Origin: Acinetobacter sp.
GTDB lineage: Bacteria; Pseudomonadota; Gammaproteobacteria; Pseudomonadales; Moraxellaceae
Assembly: GCA_050285325.1 (NCBI GenBank)
Contig: JBLZXS010000213.1
Coordinates: 1-46,224, forward strand
DNA: 46,224 nucleotides
Direction: 5' to 3'
Below, piece by piece: positions 27,777 to 38,997 of this stretch; within the stretch, counting starts at the first letter, position 1, and each line of letters begins with the position of its first letter. Under the pieces are notes generated by a model. It saw nothing but the letters and a program-made list of their open reading frames with translations, did no database searches and was not told the DNA's origin. A program made the translations under genes and the position numbers.

Positions 27777-30383
27777 TTATATACTCAACATACTATTTAA
27801 AGTCTCTACTACATTTTTAGATTTCACTTGTGGTTTTAAAGCCTCAAGTGCAGTTTTTACTTCTGTACGTTGCGGTTCGGCCAAGGTGTACCAGCGAGAA
27901 AGTACTTGCAGTAAACGTGAACCGACAATCGGGTTTTTCTCATCCAGATATTTAGCCAGATCAATATAGTGCTGAACACCAAAACTCCAGGTATTCACCG
28001 GATTGGCATTTAAACCTCCACTCACCGCGCGAATACGGTTTGGTGTACCCAAATCATAATCAGGGTGCGACGTTAAATATTTGATGGTTTCCGCATTTGC
28101 TTTTGGATGTGCAGCCTGAACCATAAACCATTGATCTAAAGACAGGGCTTCTTCTTCAAAGCGGCTATAGAAGTCTGCCAAAGCCTGTTGGGCTTGTGGT
28201 GCATCATTCCAGACCAGAACTTTGAGCGCACCCAAACGTTCAGACATATTACCGGTGTGATACTGCTCATATGCCAGATCAAAGGCTGATACATCACCTT
28301 GGCGTGCGATCATACTCAGCATAATGTTTCTGAGTGCGCGAACACCCATCGCTTGAGAGAATTCACTTTGATTATCAGGATCTAATTCCAGATAGGTTTC
28401 TTTACAGAACGAACCAAATTCACGTGCCAATGTATCTAGCAAAGCATTACGCTGTTCCTGGATTTTGGCAGGCTGATAATCTGTATCTATACGGCTACCC
28501 AGATACCCTTCTGTAGGGACATCAAATAAACGTGAAGCCAAGAGTGGATCTTTTTGAATCACTTCCGGTACAGTATTTTTCATGGCTTGAATATAAATAT
28601 CAGCCTCATGACCATTTAATAAAATACGTTCCAGCAAGGTTTGAGTGGCTTGCCACTGGTTAAAACCGTTGGTTTCATATTGCATCAAGAAAGCCAGCTC
28701 TTGATCTGAATAATTAAATTCAAGATTGACCGGTGCAGAGAAATTACGCAGTAATGACACTACAGGTTTCGCCGTGATGCCACTAAACTCAATCGTTGCT
28801 TCCGCCTGATCAAATAAATACATTCCATCTTTAACAGCATTTTCAAATAATGCTTCAGACTGCAAAGTATATTGCTCACCGGTTTCTGCATTAAACAATG
28901 CCAAAGCAACAGGAATCGGTACTGCTTTTAAAGCTGGATATTTAGGATGTGCTTTTAAACTTTGTTTAAAGCTTAAACGATAGGTTTGTGTCGCAGCATC
29001 GTACTCGCCTTTGGCTTCCAGTTTTGGTGTACCCGGTTGGTTATACCAAATCAGGAATGTCGACAAATCTACACCAGAACCCGCAGTCAAGGAAGAAATC
29101 CAGTCTTCAACCGTTACCGCCTGACCATCATGACGGCGGAAATATTCGTCGGTGCCTTGACGGAATTTTTCTTTACCAAGCAAGGTTGCCATCATGCGGT
29201 TAATTTCCGCACCTTTTTCATACACAGTTGCGGTATAGAAATTATTGATTTCAACAAAGTGATCTGGACGAGGTGGATGCGATAACGGACCTGAATCTTC
29301 AGGGAATTGGTGTGCTTTGAGTACCGCAACATCATCAATACGTTGTACAGCAGCCGATTGTAAATCTTCCGAGAAAGACTGATCACGAAATACAGTTAAA
29401 CCTTCTTTTAAGCACAATTGGAACCAGTCACGACAGGTAATCCGGTTACCGGTCCAGTTATGGAAGTATTCATGTGCAATCACAGACTGTACCCGCATGA
29501 TGGCAGCATCCGTAGTGAATTCTTCATCGGCAAGCACACATGAAGTATTAAAGATATTTAAACCTTTATTTTCCATGGCACCCATATTGAATGCGCTTGT
29601 TGCGACAATCATATAGTTGTCCAGGTCATACGGACGACCATAATGTTCTTCATCCCATTGCATCGAATGTTTCAATGCTTCCATCGCAATGTGGCATTTT
29701 GGAATATCTTTTTCTTCGGCATAAATTTCTAGTGCAACGTTACGGCCTTCAGACGTTACATAAGAATCTTTCAGTACTGCCAAATCACCAATCACACAGG
29801 CAAACAAATAGCTTGGTTTTTTTGTCGGATCTTGCCAGATGGTATAGTGACGATCTTCACCGGCCTCACCCGCTTCCATCAGGTTACCATTGGCTAGAAG
29901 TACCGGGAATTTTTTATCGGCTTCTACGCGTGTGGTAAAGACAGACAGGACATCCGGACGGTCCGGATAGAAGGTGATTTTGCGGAAACCTTCAGGTTCG
30001 TTTTGGGTGACAAATAAATCATCACCCGCTTGGTACAAACCTTCAAGTTGCGTGTTGCTTTCCGGATGAATGATGACTTCTGTTTCAAGAATGACTTGAT
30101 CTGGTGCATTGGCAATCACCAGCTGTTCAGCATCAAGTGTATAGTCTGCTTCAGTCAGTAGCTTGCCGTTTAAAGTAATGGATTTTAATTCAAGATCCCG
30201 ACCTAACAGAACCAAATCTCCCGTGGTCTGGCGCTTCATTACCAATGTTGCATTCACATCGGTACGATCTGTATGAACCTGAATATCCAAGTTGATTGAA
30301 TCAACCAAAAAAGAGGGTTTTTGATAGTCTTTTAAATAAACAGTCTGGTCTGCTTCAACCACTGGGTTTGCCGCGATATTCAT
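27777..30383 (-). CDS. pepN: Aminopeptidase N (M1 family)
   Basis: GAMENK, HEYFH...E zinc motif, NFYTATVYEKG; start placed at ATG 30383 after AGGA. Confidence 0.96.
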   Translation of the reverse strand: MNIAANPVVEADQTVYLKDYQKPSFLVDSINLDIQVHTDRTDVNATLVMKRQTTGDLVLLGRDLELKSITLNGKLLTEADYTLDAEQLVIANAPDQVILETEVIIHPESNTQLEGLYQAGDDLFVTQNEPEGFRKITFYPDRPDVLSVFTTRVEADKKFPVLLANGNLMEAGEAGEDRHYTIWQDPTKKPSYLFACVIGDLAVLKDSYVTSEGRNVALEIYAEEKDIPKCHIAMEALKHSMQWDEEHYGRPYDLDNYMIVATSAFNMGAMENKGLNIFNTSCVLADEEFTTDAAIMRVQSVIAHEYFHNWTGNRITCRDWFQLCLKEGLTVFRDQSFSEDLQSAAVQRIDDVAVLKAHQFPEDSGPLSHPPRPDHFVEINNFYTATVYEKGAEINRMMATLLGKEKFRQGTDEYFRRHDGQAVTVEDWISSLTAGSGVDLSTFLIWYNQPGTPKLEAKGEYDAATQTYRLSFKQSLKAHPKYPALKAVPIPVALALFNAETGEQYTLQSEALFENAVKDGMYLFDQAEATIEFSGITAKPVVSLLRNFSAPVNLEFNYSDQELAFLMQYETNGFNQWQATQTLLERILLNGHEADIYIQAMKNTVPEVIQKDPLLASRLFDVPTEGYLGSRIDTDYQPAKIQEQRNALLDTLAREFGSFCKETYLELDPDNQSEFSQAMGVRALRNIMLSMIARQGDVSAFDLAYEQYHTGNMSERLGALKVLVWNDAPQAQQALADFYSRFEEEALSLDQWFMVQAAHPKANAETIKYLTSHPDYDLGTPNRIRAVSGGLNANPVNTWSFGVQHYIDLAKYLDEKNPIVGSRLLQVLSRWYTLAEPQRTEVKTALEALKPQVKSKNVVETLNSMLSI

Positions 30384-30804
30384 ATAATGTCCTAATCCTG
30401 TCGTTCTTAAGCCAAAACTTTGTTGTTGTGAAATGCTTCGATCATACGACAACTTTCACAATCTGTCTGTGCGATTGATTTGAGTTATATATGGGCGCAT
30501 GAAGGGTCATTTTCAATTGACAGGTTGAATATCAGTACAATTAATATCTCAGTTGCTTATTTAACATGCGCAGCCAATGAAATTATGTAGCTTAAATTCA
30601 ATCTTTTTCAAAATTCACATAAAAAATCTGGGTATCTTAATATCTGTTTATATGACTGAAGTTGGATTTATATAATTTATAAACCTGATTAACCCAAAGT
30701 GACACTTATTTTCAAGATGACTACATTTTGAGCACGTTTTTTGCTTGTATATATTTGTGCAAAGCGCACTATAAAATTAAGTTAAAAATTAGAAGAGGTG
30801 TCCC

Positions 30805-31068
30805 ATGTATTTAAAAGACCATATTGTCCGTGTGGAAAACATCAAAACCATGCAAACACTTGACGCTGCCGGAATTGATCATAAAGTGATTGCCATGTTT
30901 ATGAGCTGTGAAGGTATTCCGATGCAATCACTCGATATTTGCGCAATTTTAAATAATTACGATTCATTAGGCAGCAAAAAAATTCCATCTAAAAAGGTTC
31001 AGGCTTTAATTCAGGCAAAGCAATTAGGCGAGGAGGATGAATCATTACCTTGCCCTGCCTCTTATTAA
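30805..31068 (+). CDS. Hypothetical 87-aa protein
   Basis: Strong SD (GAGGTG); followed by a hairpin terminator. Confidence 0.75.
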   Translation: MYLKDHIVRVENIKTMQTLDAAGIDHKVIAMFMSCEGIPMQSLDICAILNNYDSLGSKKIPSKKVQALIQAKQLGEEDESLPCPASY

Positions 31069-31137
31069 TTGAGGTACATCAATACTCGCCTGACATCTTC
31101 CGACCTTGCTCTAGCCCTGTTGCGGAAATACAAGAAT

Positions 31138-31170
31138 GGAGATGGAAGCTTAGCTTTTCCATCTCCTTAT
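31138..31170 (+). terminator. Hairpin terminator
   Basis: GGAGATGGAA-gcttagctt-TTCCATCTCC-TTAT. Confidence 0.6.
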
Positions 31171-31314
31171 ACACACCATAAAAACTTAGACTATTTCTAA
31201 AAACCAAGTTCTCTTCAATTGACCTTTTTGATTTACATTTCAATTGGCCCTATTCAATCACGCCCAAGCAAAAGAGATGTGTATAATTGACTGAATGATT
31301 AACCCGACTTGTGA

Positions 31315-32490
31315 TTGACTCTTTCCATGCTTCTTCAAATTCTGCAAAAACAGCTCGATGAAAGTACATCATGCCCTCTGTGTCAGGCATCCATGTTCTG
31401 GATTGAAGCAGAACAGTACGATCAAGCACTTAATTTTCATGAATGTAGTCACTGCCAACATCGGGTGTTTCAAGATGGGCGCACCAACTGTCATTGTGAC
31501 AAATGTTTAGTCAATCGAAAAAAAATGCTCACTGAAACGCGTCTTCAAGAGCAGCGCAAAATCAAATCGAAAAATAAAGATACTGTCGAATATAGACTCG
31601 ACCAAATCAGTTTTCTGAATAAATTATTTTTACTGAGTATCTTGGACAATCAGGTTCAGGAACATACCACGCATCATGAATATATCGATTGGGAAAGCAT
31701 CAAATACCATTCGATTACCCCGAACTATTTGTTCCAAAATTATTTGGTCAAACAATTGGTAAAAGAACAAATCCTGATTGCCAAGGATTTTGCATCTGAG
31801 GCACATCATTACTATGTCAATGTGCGTTTAGACGGTTATTCTGAACCGAGTCTGTTTAGCATTACCCAGCAACTTCGCAACTGGTTTTATGAAAATTTAA
31901 CCATGGGTGTGCCCTTTAAAAATGCAGATGAAGTAAAAAATGTACTTTATCTGGTGCTCTATCAGGAAATTATTCAGTTTGTCCAGTTTTATTGCCGCAC
32001 TTGGGGCATCCAAATTGCGGGAAACAACAGTTTTCAAACCTTTTGCTATCGCCTGATGGATTCATTGGCGGTGGGGCAAATCTATTATCTGGTGCAAACT
32101 GCGCTGGAATATTTGCATCAGCAAAAAGCCTTGCAAGCACGCAATGAAAACTTTATTAACACCAACTTGTTAAAGAAAACCTTGCAGCAATATCGTGACC
32201 GTGCTGTGACCGAAAAATGGGAAACATCCACCCTGCCGCGTCCTTACAATATACCTTTTAGCAAGATGAGCGAAATCCTATTTTTCCGTTTTTTGGGCTA
32301 TGATGAAAGTATTTTTTTCCAGCCAATTTGGCGGATCTGGAAAAAAATTGAACCGCGCTTAAGCTTCTATTCACAAAAACGCTGTATGTATTGTGGTTCA
32401 AATGAGCTTACTGTGGATTATGATGCTGAAAATTATGTGACACTCTGCTGTCGCAGCTGTAAGCATCAAGACCACTATTTTACCCAATAG
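31315..32490 (+). CDS. Hypothetical protein with Cys-rich putative zinc-binding ends
   Basis: CPLC...CSHC...CHCDKC at the N-terminus; CMYC...CRSC at the C-terminus; start may be ATG 31327. Confidence 0.75.
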   Translation: MTLSMLLQILQKQLDESTSCPLCQASMFWIEAEQYDQALNFHECSHCQHRVFQDGRTNCHCDKCLVNRKKMLTETRLQEQRKIKSKNKDTVEYRLDQISFLNKLFLLSILDNQVQEHTTHHEYIDWESIKYHSITPNYLFQNYLVKQLVKEQILIAKDFASEAHHYYVNVRLDGYSEPSLFSITQQLRNWFYENLTMGVPFKNADEVKNVLYLVLYQEIIQFVQFYCRTWGIQIAGNNSFQTFCYRLMDSLAVGQIYYLVQTALEYLHQQKALQARNENFINTNLLKKTLQQYRDRAVTEKWETSTLPRPYNIPFSKMSEILFFRFLGYDESIFFQPIWRIWKKIEPRLSFYSQKRCMYCGSNELTVDYDAENYVTLCCRSCKHQDHYFTQ

Positions 32491-32563
32491 AATTTCAACC
32501 AATACATACTGATCTATTATGTCTAGCTTCTCCAATCAGGTATATAACTTAAGGAATAATCCC

Positions 32564-33385
32564 ATGGATCAAACTTCAACATTGGTCGAACATATTGTTG
32601 AAGCATGGACTCAGCTGCAAACCCAGCAACCGTTAGTACAATGTATTACCAATAGTGTTGCAGCCAATTATGCAGCCAATGTTTTGCTGGCTGCCGGTGC
32701 TTCACCTGCCATGATTGACAATCCATTCGAAGCCGAAAGTTTTACCAGTATTTCCGCTGCACTGAGCATTAATTTGGGTACGCCAACCAACGAACAAATG
32801 CAGGCGATGCAAATTTCTGCACAAACGGCGCAGCGAACTGATACGCCCTGGGTACTCGATCCAGTCGGTTATGGCCCCGTTTTAAAATGGCGCTCGGATA
32901 TGGTGGATGAGTTACTACAATACCATCCAACCGTTATTCGCGGTAATGCTTCAGAAATCAGCACCCTTGCAGGCAATCAGGTGCTCTCCAAAGGAGTCGA
33001 TAGCACTTTGGATAGCGCAGATGTGTATAACCAAGCCAAAGTCCTGTTAGCACATGCTGAATGCATCGCCATTTCAGGTGAATCGGATTTTATTTTAAGC
33101 AAAGAACTTGATGCCGTGATTCAAGTCAATGGCGGCTCTTATTTACAGCCGAAAGTCACCGCAACTGGCTGTGCGCTCGGTGCTTTAATCGCGGCTTACT
33201 GTGCGGTAACTACAGCGACGATTGCTACGATTGCTGCACATACGCATTTTGCCATTGCAGGAAAACTGGCTTTTGAAAAAGCACAAACGATTGGTCAGTT
33301 TAATGTTGCATTCATGGATTATCTCCACAGTTTGAATCCAGGTTTAATTCAGCAATATGCCGATATCAAAATCCTTGAAATCTAG
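32564..33385 (+). CDS. thiM: Hydroxyethylthiazole kinase
   Basis: PLVQCITNSV, INLGT, LDPVG, IRGNASEI, TATGC; ATG 32564 follows AAGGA. Confidence 0.93.
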   Translation: MDQTSTLVEHIVEAWTQLQTQQPLVQCITNSVAANYAANVLLAAGASPAMIDNPFEAESFTSISAALSINLGTPTNEQMQAMQISAQTAQRTDTPWVLDPVGYGPVLKWRSDMVDELLQYHPTVIRGNASEISTLAGNQVLSKGVDSTLDSADVYNQAKVLLAHAECIAISGESDFILSKELDAVIQVNGGSYLQPKVTATGCALGALIAAYCAVTTATIATIAAHTHFAIAGKLAFEKAQTIGQFNVAFMDYLHSLNPGLIQQYADIKILEI

Positions 33386-33474
33386 AATATGCTTTTAGTC
33401 ATGTAAATGAGCATAGATCTTTATTTTAGTTTTTAAGCAACAGCGTAAAACCGTTTTTCAGCAGGACATACTCA

Positions 33475-34356
33475 ATGGAACTTAGACATTTACGTTACTT
33501 TGTGGCTCTGGCGGAAGAACTCAGCTTTACCCGTGCTGCGCAAAAACTCTGTACCGTTCAGCCTTCCCTTAGCCAGCAAATTAAAGATTTAGAGGAAGAA
33601 GTGGGTGTACAACTGATCGACCGAAGTGCGCGGAAAATAACCTTGACTGCAGAAGGTCAAGGCTTTCTCAAATATGCCTTGGAATCGATTAAATACGCAG
33701 AACTTGCCATCGCTCATGCACGTCAAATCGCCAATCAAGGTCAGCAACAGCTGTTTATTGGCGTATTGCACGTTGCGGAAATGACCATTATTCCCCAAGT
33801 GATTCAACAGGTTCGTGCTCAGTTTCCGCAAGTTGATCTTAAAATCAGAAGTTTATCCTGTAGCGAACAGGTCCAAGCACTGAAAAATTCCGAGCTGGAT
33901 TTAATTTTTAGTCGCGTGTGTATGGAGGATCCAGTTTATACCAGCACAATGCTATTTGAAGAAAAACTGTTATGTGTTGCCCATCAAAACTATATTGCCA
34001 AGCGTAAGATTCAGGACTTAAGACAAATTCAAAATGATGACTTCATTGTCTGTGACCAGCTCTTTTCACCAGTGTTCTATCAGCGAATTCAACAGTTCAC
34101 TGAAAAAGAAAATTTAAAACTGCAATATAAATATCAAGTCACTAATGCCTTACAGCATATTAATTTGATTAATATGGGTCTGGGCTGGAGCTTTATACCT
34201 GAATATGCACGGCAATTGCTGAACCCGAATGTACAGGCAATTGAGCTAAAACAAGACTTGCCGACTTTACCGCTGTATGCCAGTTATCGAACAGATGCTG
34301 AAAATCCAATTTTGCAATTTACTGCAAAAATCATTCAGCAATCCGTTCAACAATAG
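33475..34356 (+). CDS. LysR-family regulator (HcaR/BenM-like)
   Basis: MELRHLRYFVALAEELSFTRAA...QPSLSQQIKDLE. Confidence 0.9.
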   Translation: MELRHLRYFVALAEELSFTRAAQKLCTVQPSLSQQIKDLEEEVGVQLIDRSARKITLTAEGQGFLKYALESIKYAELAIAHARQIANQGQQQLFIGVLHVAEMTIIPQVIQQVRAQFPQVDLKIRSLSCSEQVQALKNSELDLIFSRVCMEDPVYTSTMLFEEKLLCVAHQNYIAKRKIQDLRQIQNDDFIVCDQLFSPVFYQRIQQFTEKENLKLQYKYQVTNALQHINLINMGLGWSFIPEYARQLLNPNVQAIELKQDLPTLPLYASYRTDAENPILQFTAKIIQQSVQQ

Positions 34357-34388
34357 CAGGTTTCAAAATAACTTTTAAAAAACCTGAG

Positions 34389-36140
34389 TTAAGCGATTTG
34401 ATACTGCATTTGTTCTAGCACATGACTGAGTTTCTGCAAGGCTTTAGCATCGTCATACAATGCTTCTTGATGGCGCCATGCCACATAGCCATCTGGACGA
34501 ACCAGCAACATCCCTGCTTCAGCAATTTCACAGCTTTTTTGCCAGATGCCGTAAACATCTTTCACTTCTTGCCCAATGGTCACAACATCTAGATAAGCTA
34601 AATCTAATTGTTCAGCTGCCTGTTTCCAAGCTGTACCAGATAAACCAGTCACTAAAGTAAGTTTGCCATTTCCGACGATATCCAGTGTGGAAACCTTTTG
34701 ACCATTTTTCGCATCAATTAACCAGCAATGTGGAATTTTCGCCCCGGGGCGTGAAGTGGCCTGTAAGTACAATTGCGGGTCAGCTTGCCAATGTTCCTCA
34801 TCTTCATCCTCCAAAACCACAGCAACGGATTGATAACGCTGATTCAGCTCCACCCCTTGTGCATTGAACTCAAAGTTTTTAATTTCCAAAGCATGATTCA
34901 ACTGAAGACGCAATTCAGCCGCATCTTCTGTAGATGCATTCAATCGATCTAACAATTGCTGGGTGGTTTCAATGCCTTGATCAAAACCAAAAACATCTTT
35001 CAGGTGCTTGTAGTCCAATCGCGATTGATTGGCACGTGCGACAATTTGCTGTCCAACTGGCACACGCTCATCACTATAAGAACTCAATAAATCTGCTTTT
35101 GCCCAATCTTTAATGACAAAAGCCAGTTTCCATGCCAAGTTAAAAGCATCTTGTATGCAGGTATTTGAACCTAGACCACTTGAGGGTGGATGACGATGTA
35201 CGGCATCCCCGCCGCAGAAAACCCGACCGACTGAATAATGCTTGGCAAAAGCCTGATTCACATACCATGCCGATACATTTAGAACTTCAATATCGACATC
35301 ATCCGTACCAATAAAGGTATGAATACGCTGAATGATTTGTTCTTGGGTATATTGCGGCTCACCTTGTGCAATATCGAAGCCCCAACCTGCAATCCAGTCA
35401 TTCCACGGAGAAATGGCACGCAGCAAGCCCATACCAATTTCTCCAAAACCTGCAGCAGGATTAACAATCCAATGTAAAATACTTGGACGATGTTGCACAT
35501 ACTTAGTCAAGTCAGCTTTAAAACGGACATAGGTTGTACCTGCACGCGCCATCTGACCTTCTATCGGAAGACCAATTTTCTCAACGATTTTAGAGCGTGC
35601 CCCATCCATACCTACCAGGTACTTGGCACGAACCGAATATTTGCGATTTTCCAGTCGGTCTAAAAACCAGACCGTAACGCCATCCTCATCTTGTTCATGA
35701 TCTAGATATTCAGTATTGTAAAATAGATTTGCACCACGCGCGACTGCATGCTTCACCAGCAGTGCTTCCATTTCTGGTTGCACCAAATCGAATAAAGGCG
35801 AAGGACTGCCTTTTACATAATCGCCATGACGTAAATCACCTGTTCCCCACGCTTGGATACGTGCAATCTCTTCACCAATCAAACTGGTGGTAATCATGCT
35901 TTCTCCCATGTCTTGCCATGGAGTGGCTCTACTTTTAGCTTCTTCTTCTAAGTCAAATTCACGCAATACTTCTACTGCACGTTGATTGGTAATGTGCGCT
36001 CGTGGCGAATTTGCCAGGCCATTAAACTGGGTATAAAAACGGACTGAGATTCCATAAGTAGCCAAGGCTAAAGCAGTGGTTGCTCCCGCTGGGCCGGTTC
36101 CAATCACCACAACATCCGTATCGAAAGACTGATTCAACAT
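34389..36140 (-). CDS. FAD-dependent aromatic (phenol/chlorophenol-type, TfdB-like) monooxygenase
   Basis: GTGPAG, PRAHITNQR, DGARS, GDAVHRHPP..GLGSNT.IQDAFNLAWKL; C-terminal LVRPDGYVAWR. Confidence 0.88.
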   Translation of the reverse strand: MLNQSFDTDVVVIGTGPAGATTALALATYGISVRFYTQFNGLANSPRAHITNQRAVEVLREFDLEEEAKSRATPWQDMGESMITTSLIGEEIARIQAWGTGDLRHGDYVKGSPSPLFDLVQPEMEALLVKHAVARGANLFYNTEYLDHEQDEDGVTVWFLDRLENRKYSVRAKYLVGMDGARSKIVEKIGLPIEGQMARAGTTYVRFKADLTKYVQHRPSILHWIVNPAAGFGEIGMGLLRAISPWNDWIAGWGFDIAQGEPQYTQEQIIQRIHTFIGTDDVDIEVLNVSAWYVNQAFAKHYSVGRVFCGGDAVHRHPPSSGLGSNTCIQDAFNLAWKLAFVIKDWAKADLLSSYSDERVPVGQQIVARANQSRLDYKHLKDVFGFDQGIETTQQLLDRLNASTEDAAELRLQLNHALEIKNFEFNAQGVELNQRYQSVAVVLEDEDEEHWQADPQLYLQATSRPGAKIPHCWLIDAKNGQKVSTLDIVGNGKLTLVTGLSGTAWKQAAEQLDLAYLDVVTIGQEVKDVYGIWQKSCEIAEAGMLLVRPDGYVAWRHQEALYDDAKALQKLSHVLEQMQYQIA

Positions 36141-36388
36141 CCCGTTTCCTTATTTAAATCACTTCAATGTACTCATCCAAATGCTTGGACTTGCTTTTAT
36201 TGAACTATAAGGAAAATGTCGAGATTATTTAAAAACTATCAAAACTAACTATAGCGATATGCATCTGAGCTATAGAAACTCAAAGCATTTTGATATTTTA
36301 AGCGTGATGAGCATTTTTTGCCTATGCTTTATTTATGCAAACTGAGAAATTTTAAATAGATAATTTAACTGCCTCTAGAGAATAAAAT

Positions 36389-37120
36389 TTAATACACTTT
36401 GCGGTCTAAAAATAAATTCAATATAGTTTCAAAAATCGTTTTTAAATCCAATTTACAGATACACAGCAGACCTATGCCATCAAAATAGTCAGGTACATGC
36501 TGCATAAAAAAATTGATATGTGGCGTTGCCCTCGTTCTTAAACGTTGAATGTGTTCGGGTGTAGTTTGCGGCATCACATAAGGATAGACAAAAATATCGT
36601 CTCGGCGCTTGCGGATATCATGCTTACGCTGCTGAATCATCTCCAGAACTTTTAAATACTCTTGAGGAGTTTCCTTACCTGTACGTGGGAAGAAATTTTG
36701 TGAACGAGATGCAAAATAGGTATAAATTCCAGGCTGTATGACTGTAGGTACAAACCATAAGGGAATAGTGGGATGCCGAATCCGGTGATTAATCGCAACG
36801 CGGATTGCAGTTTTAAGTGTTCTATTGCCTTTACGATAAGCCGGTAAGATACTCGCCCGGGAGCTCACCACAAAGACAGCATGACCCCCTAGAGAAAGCT
36901 TAAGCACAGGAATAATATTTTGTCCCACCAGTGTATCTTTATGATAATAATGAACCACTAGAACTGATACAGCATCCTGATCATAGACAAAATTATAAAT
37001 TTCTTGTTCGCTGGAGTCTGGAAAAATTTGCTGATCAAATTCAGATATCATTTTAAAAAATCGAGTTTTTTGTTCAGCTGCAAGTTTTGTAAAATCTACA
37101 ATTTTTTCATTAATACGCAT
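36389..37120 (-). CDS. Hypothetical protein, GNAT-like fold suspected
   Basis: Beta-strand followed by ASILPAYRKGN, resembling GNAT motif A. Confidence 0.6.
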   Translation of the reverse strand: MRINEKIVDFTKLAAEQKTRFFKMISEFDQQIFPDSSEQEIYNFVYDQDAVSVLVVHYYHKDTLVGQNIIPVLKLSLGGHAVFVVSSRASILPAYRKGNRTLKTAIRVAINHRIRHPTIPLWFVPTVIQPGIYTYFASRSQNFFPRTGKETPQEYLKVLEMIQQRKHDIRKRRDDIFVYPYVMPQTTPEHIQRLRTRATPHINFFMQHVPDYFDGIGLLCICKLDLKTIFETILNLFLDRKVY

Positions 37121-37297
37121 AAAATCAATTGAAGCCTCTTTTTTTATATTTTAATTATTCATCATTTTGTTGAGACAAAATATCCCTAGAAATAGCGATT
37201 TAAGTATTAATTTAAGTCATTAGCTTAGGCTTTTTATTATTATCACAACAGCTCAGGATCCATCCCCTACCTTGTTCAAAGATAAACTAAATTGATA

Positions 37298-37338
37298 AAA
37301 AAACCCAATAGGAATAACACCTGTCTATTGGGTTTTTT
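37298..37338 (-). terminator. Terminator after the TerC gene
   Basis: AAAAAACCCAATAG...CTATTGGGTTTTTT. Confidence 0.75.
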
Positions 37339-37402
37339 AAAACAGTTCAAAAGGAGACCACGAAAAATATTAATAACTTTTTCTAGAATCCTTTATCGAG
37401 GT

Positions 37403-38929
37403 CTAACGATGCACGATTAAAACCGATTTAATTCGATTATCATCTAATTCCGTCACCTCAAAGTGTACACCCTGATAATCAAGCTGAGTACCTAAGCTCA
37501 CTTCACCATGGGTTTTATCTAGAATTAGACCCGCAAGACTGATATAACCCGCATCTTCTTCGACTAAATCCATCATGCCCAACTCTAATTCGAGCTGATA
37601 CACGTCCAGCATGCCAGATGCCTTCCAGCTATGATCATCAATTTTAACTAGATCCAGCTGTTCGTCTGCATCAGGAAATTCACCGGCAATGGCTTCAAAC
37701 ACATCCAGTGGAGAAATTAAACCTTGTACATTTCCGAACTCGTCACTCACCAATACCAATGAGCCTTTAGACGTACGCAAGGTATTGATCGCATCGATCA
37801 CTTTCATTTTTTCAAAAATATAAATCGGGCGATGACGTTTGATTAAAGCTTTAAGCTGGGCCTCATCTTCCAATACATCTAGAAGCTCTTTGGCACGGAC
37901 CACACTCAAGACTTTATCCAAGCTGCCACGGCAAACTGGAAATAAACTATGCGGTACAGCTAGTACCTGTTCACGAATTTGTTCAGGCGTATCATTGATG
38001 TCCACCCAAGAAATTTGACTTCGCGGTGTCATGATCGAAGCGACTGACCTTTCCGCCAAGGTTAATACGCCGCCAATCATATAACGTTCTTCATCAGCAA
38101 AAGCTTCTTGAGCTTCAAAGTGCTGAGCACTGTCAGTGACTGTTTCCATTTTTCCGCCCATCAATTTCAAGATGGAATCTGCAGTACGGTGACGCAATGG
38201 AATTTTAGATTCATGTTTGGCTACGTTACGTTGGCCAAATTGGTTAAATGCTTCAATTGCAATGGCAACACCAATACCCGAATAGATATAGCCTTTCGGA
38301 ATATGGAAACCAAAACCTTCTGCAATCAAGCTAATTCCAATTAACAACAGGAAGCTTAGACACAGAATCACAACAGTTGGATGTCTGTTTACAAAAGCAG
38401 TTAATGATTTAGAAGCCAATAACATTACCGCCATGGCAACGACCATTGCTACCATCATCACATAGATGTTGTCGACCATGCCAATTGCGGTAATCACCGA
38501 ATCTAAAGAGAATACGGCATCTAACACCACAATTTGTGCAACGACTGCGGCAAAACTTGCGTAAACAATATTGGTGGTAACTTTAACTTCAGGCTTGCCT
38601 TCAATCTTTTCATGCAGTTCAGTCACGGCTTTATAGACCAGGAATAAACCACCAAATAAAAGAATAAGATCTCGACCTGAGAATGTCCAATCAAAGACGG
38701 TAATAAGCGGTTTGGTCAAAGTGACTAACCAAGAGATGGCAAACAATAAGCCCAAGCGCATGAACAAAGCGAGGGAAAGACCCACCACACGTGCTTTATC
38801 ACGTTGTTCTGGAGGAAGTTTTTCAGCCAAAATGGCAATAAAGACTAGGTTATCAATACCTAAGACAATTTCTAAAACAATAAGGGTAAGCAAACCAACC
38901 CAAATTCCCGGATCTAATAAAAACTCCAT
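37403..38929 (-). CDS. TerC-family membrane protein with CBS and CorC/HlyC domains (YoaE/YegH-like)
   Basis: [34 protein letters not shown]. Confidence 0.92.
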   Translation of the reverse strand: MEFLLDPGIWVGLLTLIVLEIVLGIDNLVFIAILAEKLPPEQRDKARVVGLSLALFMRLGLLFAISWLVTLTKPLITVFDWTFSGRDLILLFGGLFLVYKAVTELHEKIEGKPEVKVTTNIVYASFAAVVAQIVVLDAVFSLDSVITAIGMVDNIYVMMVAMVVAMAVMLLASKSLTAFVNRHPTVVILCLSFLLLIGISLIAEGFGFHIPKGYIYSGIGVAIAIEAFNQFGQRNVAKHESKIPLRHRTADSILKLMGGKMETVTDSAQHFEAQEAFADEERYMIGGVLTLAERSVASIMTPRSQISWVDINDTPEQIREQVLAVPHSLFPVCRGSLDKVLSVVRAKELLDVLEDEAQLKALIKRHRPIYIFEKMKVIDAINTLRTSKGSLVLVSDEFGNVQGLISPLDVFEAIAGEFPDADEQLDLVKIDDHSWKASGMLDVYQLELELGMMDLVEEDAGYISLAGLILDKTHGEVSLGTQLDYQGVHFEVTELDDNRIKSVLIVHR

Positions 38930-38997
38930 TAGTTTATATCTCCGATTTTATGAATTTGGTTAAAAATAAAACTAGACCTGCACGGCGACGGATCCAT
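38929..38997 (-). CDS. Putative 22-aa leader peptide [22 protein letters not shown] overlapping the TerC start
   Basis: ACAGGT precedes ATG 38997; its TAA overlaps the TerC ATG (TAATG). Confidence 0.4.
   Translation of the reverse strand: MDPSPCRSSFIFNQIHKIGDIN

Noticed and set aside
32490..32563. TPP riboswitch upstream of thiM
   Set aside because: The spacer is only about 70 nt and lacks the CUGAGA...ACCUG core.
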